A program made the translations under genes and the position numbers. Of a stretch of DNA of 64,000 nt, positions 53,240 through 64,000 are shown piece after piece (positions within the stretch are counted from its first letter, which is position 1; the number at the start of each line of letters is the position of its first letter). Under the pieces are notes generated by a model. It was not told where the DNA came from, made no database searches, and saw only the letters and a program-made list of their open reading frames with translations. The stretch is from Octopus sinensis (Eukaryota), in contig NC_042998.1 of NCBI RefSeq assembly GCF_006345805.1, positions 181,164,001 through 181,228,000 on the forward strand. The letters are read 5' to 3'.

Positions 53240-54708
53240 ATGTGCGTGCCTATTAACGTCTATAAGTATCACCTAGAGAAGAAACCGTCACTCAATAAAG
53301 CTGACAGCTTTTGCAATAATACGAACCAAGTTAACAACTAAACCAGATTCTTACTCAAGCAGTGTCATCAAAGAATAAAATATAGAAAATGCTAGTGTTG
53401 CCCATCATTCCAATAGGATAAAATCTAACACAGGAAGAAATTACTTTGTCATACTTCAAAAACACTATGCAACCATCCATAAGTACCATACATCAAAGCT
53501 GAGGGTAAGTGTAAAATGAAGGAGATGCGTCTTATAATGAAAATGCTTAAACTGTTTACGAAGTTAAGTTTAGCCTTGTATAGGTAGCATATAAAAAAAT
53601 TTTAAGAAGGAAAACAGCTTTAAAAGCCGTTTCCCTAATCATAAACTCATCTTCAAGAAAGAAAATCAGAGGAATGGCACATCCTTATCTATGTATATGC
53701 CTGGCACTTAAAAACATCATTTCGAACTCATCAAACGTAGCAAGCTGAACATATATGGAACAAATCCATTCTAATTCGGCACTGTAGAGAATATATAACA
53801 AAACTATTATATGCATTAAACAAAAGGATACACTAGCAAAATGTTGACAGGAAAACAAGTTTTACCTTGGGGATTATACCAGCGAAATATATCCTGATTG
53901 ATCTAGCAGAAGCTTACAATAGTACTTACCGGAAGTTTACAACATGCCATTTTCCAGCACCTAACACCGGAGATAATTCGGGTAGCAGAGAAAACATTAA
54001 TTTTTTGGTATACCATCAGACGAACACTTTCCTGTAAAATAGTCTGAAGTAAGAGAAACGTATTCAACTTTAACAATATCATAATGTATATTTATATGTT
54101 CATATATTATTCTATATGTATTTGTGGAAATGTGAGAGAAAATGTGTGTACGTATGAGTGTGAGGGTGTATGTGTTTATGTGTTGTTGTAAGCGTGTATG
54201 AACGTGTGAGTTGTTTGGAAGTTGAATGCAATTTAAATATAAATAAAACAATGCCGTTCTGCACAGTAACGATCTCCAGACAGTTCCAGAGGCGAAATTC
54301 ATCTATATGAAGATTTCCCGGGTTTTTTTGAGTTTTTTTAGTTTTTTTTTTTTTTTTACAATTTTGCTATAAATTGAATTTCCAAACACTCATGCAGAAA
54401 CACACATACACACACACACAGAGAGAGAGATACACAAAACAAATACAAATAAATATATATTCACATATTCACACAAACACACATACATATAGACACATAC
54501 AACACACACGCTCACACATACACATATTCACACAAACAATCACACACACACACACACATATATATATACATATATATATATAAATATGCATACATACATA
54601 TACATATATAATCATACCGACACACGCATAACACTGGAAGTGATACAAAGATCAATAAATAGAAATTCTGAATGTTAGTTAGATATAAAAACAACTAAAT
54701 AGACAGAC

Positions 54709-54808
<100 letters not shown>

Positions 54809-55494
54809 GAAACATCTGAAACATGAAAAGCTAACATCACTCCATTGCATCCCATCTACATGCCAAATTATCTGACTCCATATATATTTTCCACTCCCCT
54901 TGCGATCATCCCTTTAACGCTTTGCTTCTTTACTCACAGTTTATCTAGGTAGATATATATATATACATTACATCTTATTCTCTGTATGCATTGAAGCGTA
55001 ACCAACTGGAACTACAGACCGGAGAAAGCAGGCTCCATCAGTATTGATAACTGAAGACATCATGTCGCTGAATACGTCAATTGGAGATATTAGGAGGAAG
55101 TAATATAAAGACGTCCTACTGAGCCAAAAAATTCTAACATCACGTTGCCACATGGAAAGATATAAGTATTCACCTGATTTCTAATTTATTGTTGCACGTA
55201 CAGATTTTTGGCAGCGTTAGATAATAATAATAATAATATGTACGAATAAGCATGCATACGAATACATAAGCATGTAAACAAATGTGTCTGTGCGAAGGTG
55301 TGTATATGTGTATGTATACGTGTGCACATCTATATGCATAAAACTAAAACTTCACTACGTGAAATAACTCAATTGTAGTGACCTGTGGCTTGAATTTGGA
55401 CAATAGATGCAAAAAATATATATATCAAATACAATAAACAACAAATTCTAGATTCAATGAAATGATCCTAGCTTCGAGAGTAAACAAACGTCTC

Positions 55495-55760
55495 TTGTCA
55501 AGTGCGACTAACTCCGAGTGATAAGGGGAGGTAATCTAAAAAAATCCAGTATTCCCTGGAATTGACATGCAATAAAGGCGAAAACAGTTTGTTTTTGTTC
55601 TTGTTTTTTTTTCTCTGACGACAAGAGGTCGGCTGTGATCACTTGTTTCAGCACTAATAGATTCCACTGGCACAGTAGTTGGCCTACACACACACACATA
55701 CATACACACAAAGATGTTTGTGTATGTGTGTGTTTGTGTGTGTAATGGAAGCAAACCTCT
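55495..55760 (-). mobile_element. SINE family A, degenerate internal/3' part
   Basis: Reverse complement resembles the body of 1480-1700. Confidence 0.55.
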
Positions 55761-57094
55761 GGCAGCAATTGCGAGTGACTCCCAGTGAAAGGGGGGATAA
55801 TTACAACAATCAAGAACATTCTCGTTTTAACATGTCTTTATTCATTGTGTCTGCAAACGTTTAAGAATATAACATATGAACTGAAAGAGATTTCGTTGCT
55901 ATTTTCAGCACGCCAAAAAAGCCTTCATGTTTATTGTCAGTTTTGCATCCAATTCCGTGTGGAATCTTCCTTCTATTACATTCATGCAATACATTATCGT
56001 CGGTGACTGTTTTACTTTTAGCTTCATTGCCCTTAGTTTTAGTATTTCTTTCACATGACTGTCATTTCTATAATGAAGCGTTTTCTGCTCTCCTCTTATA
56101 CCATCACGACTAAATCCAGTGGTGACCATACTGTTGGTTTAGAAATTATCTCAAAGGGCCCCACCTACACTGGAAACATACCTCACACAACTATCAAAAT
56201 ACCTGTTTCCTTACTCAAATATTTATGAAAATGCATTCAATGTTGGATGCCACAAGACGGTCTACAACGCTTGAAGAAAACTGCCGATTTCTACAAACTG
56301 GGAGGCTTGAACCCAAAGTTGCAGCTGCTGTAGGTTGATCATTCGACTAATGAACGATGCTGCTGTGTGTCATTCAACCCGCAAACCCTCTTGCCTCCCA
56401 AATTAAGCCGATCCTTTTGATTCCCTGCCATCTAGACGAAATTCTTCTTCTCTTCACTTCTTAATCATGATGATTATATACGTAGTACTCCCGCCAAAAA
56501 AACATTCATGTTTAGTGTCAGTTTTGCATCCAGTTCCGTGTTGAATCTTCCTTCTGTTATTCTCATGCAATACTCAACGGTGCTAGGCGCTATCGTCACC
56601 AAGATCTTTAATCTGTCTCTCATTCTGATTCTCTTTCTCTCTCTCTCTCCATCTCTATCTCTCTCTATCTCTCTCCCTCTCCGCCTCTCTCGTCCTGAGC
56701 ACATACCATGAAGTACGCTACAGTGTGTTCTAGATGAAACATTTCTTTTATCCGATCAACTACGTTTCTGCACCATTCTCTCTCTCTCTCCTCTCTCTCC
56801 CCTCTCTCCCTCCTTTCTTTCTCTTTCTCTGTTTAACAACCTCTAGTGAAACTCAGTGTCAGATCTACTGGGAACCTACACTTCTGTGAAACAAGCTAAT
56901 GGGATACTGTCTTTGAAAATTAATTTTCTTGGAAACATTGTCATTGCCGTCGATGTCACCAATTTTTTCGAAGAGGCGGGTCTTCCGGAAAAACTTCCAG
57001 CCTATGGCCTTCATTCGTTTTTAGTTTCTTGGATCCAGGCTGATGATCGTCGGGAAATGAAATTCAAATAATTAGATGTGAGATTCCGACTGCG

Positions 57095-58090
57095 GGTTCG
57101 TTCTCCTGCTCCCACCCACGTTGCTGCACTTGCCCTTACCTCTCCAACACCACCCTCCTCACCGGCACCCATAATCGACCCTATCATATTACCGACTCCT
57201 TCACCTGCACTTCTACCAATGTCAACTACTGCATCTCCTGCTCTCTCCGCCTTTCTCTATACATCGGGCAAACGGGACGCCGTTTGCCTGACCGTTTCGC
57301 GGAACAACTCCGAGACATTCAACTCAGCAATGACACCCCGGTCTCGCACCATTTCCGCTCTACCGGTCTCTCATTGCAACACCTATCTGGGTTCGAATTA
57401 TCCTTGCACAGGGGCCATCCGGACTCCCGTTTTCGCCGTGAACAAAGATTAATTTTCTCTCTTCGCTCCTTTGCGCCACGTGAGCTCAACTCCCCTCCCC
57501 TCTTCCTCTAACCATCCTCCTCTCACCTCTCTCCCTCTCACACCTACTTCTTCCCACCCACCTCCCCTCTCTTGCTCCGACTCCTACTTCTTCTCTTCAC
57601 TCCTACTCTCTTTCACTATTCTCTTCACTCCTACCACCCTTCTCTCTTCTCATCTTCCTTCACCCAACCCCTACACAATCCAACCCCATCTTCCCTATCC
57701 AAGCCATTACACCCACCCCCATATACCCACCTCTACCCTACACCCGCCTAACCCACACCCCATCCTTGCTTTCCCCACTCTCGCCTCCTCCACATCCCAA
57801 CACACCACACCACCAAACACCTGCACACCATACACCACCAAACCACACAACACCACATCACATCACACCACCACGCACACACTAGCACTGATCACTTCCC
57901 AGCCCCACACCATCATCCACACACCTACACCTACACACACGCACACTTCAATGTCACCAGCCCTCTTCCACACGCACATACATGCTCTCTTATACGCACG
58001 GACGCGCGCGCGCCTTCGTTTTGGGATTATCACTACTTTATTATCTCCCCTTCTTCCTAGCTAACCTGTGTGATCCCTCTGTCCAGCATT
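57095..58090 (+). mobile_element. PLE family 1 fragment: Cys-rich linker plus GIY-YIG (57095-57511), low-complexity spacer, truncated pLTR
   Basis: GSFSCSHPRCCTCPY...CTSTNVNYCISCSLRLSLYIGQTGRRLPDRFAEQ...ELNSPPLFL*; stops before the HHR. Confidence 0.9.
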
Positions 58091-58305
58091 ACTTAACATG
58101 AAAACAATGGTAGCCTTAATCCGCAAAAAAGCAGAATTTTTAGCTACCAATGTGGTGTTGAGCTCTCATTCTCCCTGTTCGTGAATACACATACAACAGT
58201 ACACATACACATATGTTGTAGTAATATATATATATATGTAGTCCGGGTGAGTCGGGGTTAAACCACAGTAAATAAGGTACTCAATACATTAGCAGAGTAA
58301 ATTAA

Positions 58306-58403
58306 TTTATTTTAGAGAAGGAGCTTCTACAGGACTAGAACTGTTTCGTAAAATCTTTGGATGAAACAGTCTAGTCCTGTAGAAGCTCCTTCGATAAAAT
58401 AAA
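58306..58403. repeat. Hairpin, about 41-bp arms, 15-nt loop
   Basis: TTTATTTTAGAGAAGGAGCTTCTACAGGACTAGAACTGTTTC / GAAACAGTCTAGTCCTGTAGAAGCTCCTTCGATAAAATAAA. Confidence 0.9.
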
Positions 58404-59084
58404 TGAATATATATATATATATAGATATATGAGAGAATTTATGGATTTATTATTAACAAGTTATGTGTGGACTCCAGCATTATTTCAGTTATTGCACCTC
58501 TCTTGTGACATAAAAAAGGTGTCTTATGCACCATTATGTGAGTTTCTATGTGTTCCTGTACATTTGTAGCCGTGTGTATGTATGTATGTATGTATGTATG
58601 TATGTATGTATGTATGTATGTATGTATGTATGTATGTATGTACGCGCCGCGCACAGTTATTCACTTTATATATGTACTTTAAAAATATTATCTACATTTC
58701 TTTCTCTATGGTTTATATAAGATATATATGGATGCGGCGCGATGCGATACGTGTGTATATGATACGGCGTGGTGCGATGCGTGTGCATGTTGTATCTCTA
58801 TTTGTGAGTGCCAATGTATGTACGTATGAAGGTACGTTTATGCGTATGCGTCTCAATCTATGTGTATATGTGTGTGTGTGTGTGCTGTGTATATCTATGT
58901 ACGTATTCCTCCTGCTACATTGTCAAGATGCCTATAATTTATAGGAACGGAAAATACATACTGCATATCTATTAGCTACATAATTGAAGCGGAGCAACAA
59001 AGAATTTAGAACTGATTATAGATTCGAACGAATCTCTGAGAATAAAACACCAACGCTGTAAGAGACGCCCATTTACGCTTGTGT

Positions 59085-59125
<41 letters not shown>

Positions 59126-59362
59126 GTGTGTGTGTGTATGAGTATGTGTGTGATATGTATATATATATATACGTGTGTGTGTATATGTACATATGTATAT
59201 ATGCATTTACATATAGATAAATAGAGAGGGGGAAAAGATAGACATGTATGCATATATGAATATGAAAACACACACATCCACACAGACACACGCACATAAT
59301 ACATACATGTATATATATACATATATATATATATATACATACATACATACATATATATATAT

Positions 59363-59417
<55 letters not shown>

Positions 59418-59451
59418 AATATATATACACATACATATATACATATATATA

Positions 59452-59496
<45 letters not shown>

Positions 59497-59497
59497 A

Positions 59498-59532
<35 letters not shown>

Positions 59533-60556
59533 GCTCATATGTTCTCTAGATACGTATTCATATAAATGTTTGTGACCAGTACGTCTATCTGTGTGTGATT
59601 TATACGTGTATTTATATATGCCTGTGTATATATAACTATGTTTCTATGTTAAACAATTATGTTGATATCGGAACATCGTTGTAAAATTATGTATTTTCTT
59701 GCTTGTCTACCTATTGTCCACAGTAGGTGTTTCAGAATTTTTTCTTGTTTTCTTTTTTTGTTTATATTTTATCATTTGTACTAATATTGTATTTTTGATT
59801 ACTAGATACATCTTTTGGATGCTTCTTTCTTACTTCTGAGACGAAAATATTTCTCTAGACTGAAAGACAATGACAGTTATTAATAATATATATACTGCTG
59901 CGGATTTGCAACACCATAATTCGTGATATTTTCTTTTAAATATGAATATGTGGGAATTTTTCTGTACTTGGTCGCTCGCCCTGCTAGAAATAACCATCAA
60001 ATCTACTTCAAGCCATATCTTACCATCTAAAAATGGAAAGACACAGTCAGCAATGTAGTCTGAGATACCTTATGTCTGTGGGTGGTGGAGAGAAGTATTT
60101 CTATGGTTTTTAATCATAGATGAATGCAATTGTCTTTGTAGAGAAATTCGACCTTAAATGTGTTAAATCAGAACTGGCCTCGGGCTTAAACATCAACACC
60201 AATATCATGATTTACTGCATAGCGCCATTATTAATACTGAAATCCCATTTTAGACATAAAGGTTCTGAAATTATATAAAAGTAGAAATAATTACAAGTGA
60301 TTCGAATGATTGGAATTTAATGTAAAATATATGAACATATAAGTTGATTCATATTTGAGTTCAAGTTCTGATTGATTTAATTTGTATTTATCCCTTGGAA
60401 TTCGATATGATAAACAGCAATAAGGTATTGGAATGAACTGATCGATTATACTTAGCCCTCAAAATATTTGGATTATTTAGTCCAAGATAGAAGTGCAGTG
60501 TCCATAATATTTGGAAGGTTATACAGCCTGGTGGTATTAATGTACATAGCAGTTCA

Positions 60557-60670
60557 TTATTTACATTTGACGTATATTTGTCCTCATCTTGTTTGTTGTA
60601 TACCCTCCAACCTTCATCAGGTGTCTTGGGGAAATTTCGAACCTGGATCCTCATTCCTAAGGTATTTTCG

Positions 60671-60722
<52 letters not shown>

Positions 60723-60799
60723 TCACTGCCTGAAATCGAACTTGGAATCTTGGGGTTAGTAGCCCGTGCATTTAACCACTACGCCATATGCCTGTGGGC
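60557..60799 (-). mobile_element. tRNA-headed SINE-like element with HHR remnant (internally deleted copy)
   Basis: A box TGGCGTAGTGG, B box GTTCGATTTC, (TAA)n, then ACAC-CTGATGA-A-GGTTG..., with the HHR 3' half deleted. Confidence 0.8.
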
Positions 60800-60924
60800 T
60801 TTAATTTCAGAGTTAACTATCTCCTAGATTAGTTGTCTTCACCAGGCGGTAGAATCCAGTCTGCCCTATGAGATTACTAAAAATGTAGGCTTTGTAAGAG
60901 GACTGTGTGTATGTGTGGTGTGTG

Positions 60925-60972
<48 letters not shown>

Positions 60973-61152
60973 CACACATACATACACATACACACATATA
61001 TACACATACATATATATATATATGTGTGTGTGGTGTGTGTGTGTGTGTGTGTGTACCATGTTCTCCAAGAAAATTACCATTTGTCTTTTAAATATGTCTT
61101 TTAAATATGAATATGTAAAACTCTTCAATAATTTTACAATTTACACCTTGTA

Positions 61153-61238
61153 TATGCCCACGGGCATAAGGCATAGTGGTTAAGAGCGCGGGCTACTAAC
61201 CCCAAGATTCCGAGATCGAATTCAGGCAGTGACCTGAC

Positions 61239-61273
<35 letters not shown>

Positions 61274-61452
61274 TCGAAAAATACCTTAGGAATGAGAACC
61301 CAAGTTCGAAATTTCCCCAATTCACCTGATGAAGGGTGGAGGGTATATCAGCCGCAACGTTGTGTTAACAACAAACAAAATGAGGACAAATATACGTCAA
61401 ATGTAAATAATGTTAATAATGTACATAATTCCACATCTCTTAAATATAGAAC
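61153..61452 (+). mobile_element. tRNA-headed SINE-like element with HHR motif at 61323-61364
   Basis: tRNA-like head, (TAA)n, CAC-CTGATGA-A-GGGTG(GAGGGTATAT)CAGCC-GCAA-CG-T-T-GTG; two point changes from a canonical HHR. Confidence 0.8.
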
Positions 61453-62339
61453 TGTACATAGCAGTTCAATTTGAATTTCTGTAGATTTATGCCAGAGAAG
61501 ATATCACGGGTAAGGACGGAAATCTGCATGGTTATAATTCTTGTGTCTAGGCGAAGTGTTTTGTACAAAATTGTAAAGTTAACGTAAAGTAGAGATTACG
61601 AATAAATAGAACCTGATACGTCGGATGGTATTCAGCCTGCTTCTTCAAAAGAGAAGACAAACATCACATTGATATGCTAATGTCTCGAGATGTTTAGTGG
61701 GCTAAAGTTTCAAAACAATAAGATGGCATATATTGAATGTTTGTGTGTCAATAATCATCGTATGTTTAGCAGCTGCTTGGTTCTAAGAATATAAGTTTTA
61801 TTCTAATGTGGTTTGCACATGTGCTTTGTATAAGATTGAGTGAAGGAGATTCTAATGCTAAAGAGAAAGTCTAGGCTTCGCAACACAGGTTGGGTGATGT
61901 TATAAATATATGGCCGTCCGCCCCTCTTCATGAGGGCTAGTGAAGCCTATCCTGTGGGAAGTTTATGGAGGGTCATATTTGTATGTTGTACATGAGTAAA
62001 GAAGGTAAAACGTCGCAAGTGTGGTTCCGGATATTTAAATTTATTATGTCCTGGTGTAGTTTTAAATATCAGCCTCTCATTGCCTGATTGGATGATGACT
62101 GCAACGTCTTTCTTATGAAGGTAGCGTGTGCCAGGTAGGCTGGGTGCCAGCAGAGGAAAGGTTAACGAGGAGTGGGGTAAGTGCAATCTCCACGTGAATA
62201 CTGTTTGACGTAATAGCGGGTAGGTCGCTCATGTACGAAGAGTGTGGAATCATAACCAAAGTCAAAGGAAAGTGGATCTGAGATGATACTATCAACTAAC
62301 ATCTACTGCAATGAAGCAGCCTTACAGAAAAAATATAAT

Positions 62340-62760
62340 CAAACAAATCAGATAAGCTTCTGAATGTGACATTGTGGGTGGGTAAACACATTTTTTTTAG
62401 ATGAGAAGAGAGAGTTTCTAACAGCCAAGCCAACACCTAACTCTTTTCTTGGACCCTCCGCTACACATCTAAAGAACGTGCAACCAAATCCACTTTCATT
62501 GAGGTGACCATCCCCATGGTGACGTGTTTCAGAGGGAGACATTACATCTAACGCGTAGCTTTTCGGTTCCTGGGTGATCAGCACGGTTCGTCTCTCTGGC
62601 CTTTAACTAAAATTGTCACATTCCAATAAGCAAATTTCATAGGGTGTTTAACTTTCTCGTATTGTCAATTGACCACAAGGACAGGATAAATATTAGGACC
62701 AGCCTGTGGTGCACTGGGGTACCTGCCGAACCAGACCTGTTCACGAGTCGTTCCCAAGGC
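62340..62760 (-). pseudogene. RTE-clade LINE 5' UTR and start of the APE endonuclease
   Basis: MKFAYWNVT...RPERRTVLITQE..SYALDV..SETRHHGDGHLNESGFGCTFF...GVGLAVRN. Confidence 0.75.
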
Positions 62761-63021
62761 CTTATTGTCATTTACGGGTTTTGCTTGTGTATGGTGATGT
62801 TATAAATATATGGCCGTCCACCCCACTTCATGAGAGCCAGTGAAGCCTACCCTGTGTGAGATTTATGGAGGGTCATATTTGTATGTTGTACATGGGTAAA
62901 GAAGGTAAAACGTCACGAGTGTGTTTCCTGATATTTAAATTTAGTATGTCCTGTGTATGTATGTGTATGTATATATGTATGTATATATATATGTGTATAT
63001 ATGTGTGTGTATATATATATA

Positions 63022-63073
<52 letters not shown>

Positions 63074-63234
63074 TATAATACACATATATATACAAGCATA
63101 TATACACATATATATATATATATATATATACATACATATATACATACACATACATATACACACATACACATACATATATATACACACATACACACATATA
63201 TGTATGTATGTATGTATGTATGTATCTATCTATC

Positions 63235-63265
<31 letters not shown>

Positions 63266-63700
63266 TTATGTATGTATGTATATGTACCATGTTCTTTAAG
63301 TAAATTACCATTTGTATGAATATAACGTAAAACTCGTCAATAATTTTGTAATTTACATCTTGCATAAAATGAATTACAGAATTTAATTGAATGTTCATAC
63401 GAGAAGTCTTATAATGTATTGCAAGAAATAACCTTAAAATGTTAATATTTATATATTGCTGTCTTCAACTTATGTTTCAAGAATGAAAATTCTGAGAAAT
63501 AAATTTATTTTTATATCAAGTTAAAATGCAGCTTACATAAAGGTTTAATGAGTTTTAATCCTTTAAAATATTTTTGTTTCGTTGGGTCTCTTTTTTTATT
63601 TGTTTGTTACTTTTTTATTGGCTGTTTTCTTTCATATAGGAAGTATATTTGATTCCAAAGTTAGTCAACATAGAAAGAATGTATTTCTAAATAAAGGTAA

Positions 63701-64000
63701 AGACCCCCTTCGGTCATGAATGACCATGGGATTGCACCTAGAAAGTTACCCTCCTAGACACAAGTCCGGGCGAGGTTGTTTATGGAAGGCCAGCAGTCGC
63801 CCATGCATACCAGCCTCTCCTCTCCACGCCACCAGTGTTATCAAAGGGAAAGACAAAGGTCGATACAGCTTGGCACTAGTGACGTCGCAACTCATTTCTA
63901 CAGCTGAGTGAACTGGAGCAACGTGAAATAAAGTGCCTTGCTCGAGAACACAACACGCAGCCCGGTCCGGGATTCGAGCTCACAACCTCATGATCGTAAG
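63701..64000 (-). mobile_element. SINE family D (runs off the window end)
   Basis: Homologous to 25503-25632, with B-box GAGCTCGAATCCC and a 3' tail. Confidence 0.8.

Noticed and set aside
54230-54322. Minus-strand GNLHIDEFRLWN resembling a LamG/pentraxin motif
   Set aside because: No acceptor and no supporting neighbouring exons.
61170-61235. tRNA gene
   Set aside because: No acceptor stem closure; it continues into (TAA)n and a repeat body, so it is a SINE head. The same applies to the other SINE heads.
62680-62765. HDV-like ribozyme remnant in the RTE 5' UTR
   Set aside because: P1 is only partly paired and P3/L3 cannot be built; a covariance-model search would be needed.

Overview
AT-rich, microsatellite-dense eukaryotic DNA whose SINE types and simple-repeat content suggest a cephalopod (Octopus-like) genome; this assignment is an inference. 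There is one 100-N gap. I could not identify any host protein-coding exon with confidence, and almost all ORFs in the supplied track are translated microsatellites. Recognisable content is transposable elements: four tRNA-derived SINE families, a CR1/L2-like LINE (RT domain), a Dong/R4-like LINE inside (TAA)n, RTE and L1/Tx1-like fragments, mariner and hAT relics, MITE-like hairpins, and several Penelope-like element (PLE) pieces with GIY-YIG endonuclease. The main signal beyond routine annotation is a dense set of type-I hammerhead ribozyme (HHR) motifs from about five unrelated repeat families. These are: a 447-nt tandem HHR unit (retrozyme-like), a family with a fixed A6->U core change, a U3-A8 variant at both ends of a 1.4-kb zero-spacer palindrome, a canonical HHR just downstream of a short HDEL-ending ORF, and a tRNA-headed SINE-like element carrying an HHR that occurs as an inverted pair bracketed by a 16-bp direct repeat. 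All structures were folded by eye; none was tested computationally or experimentally.
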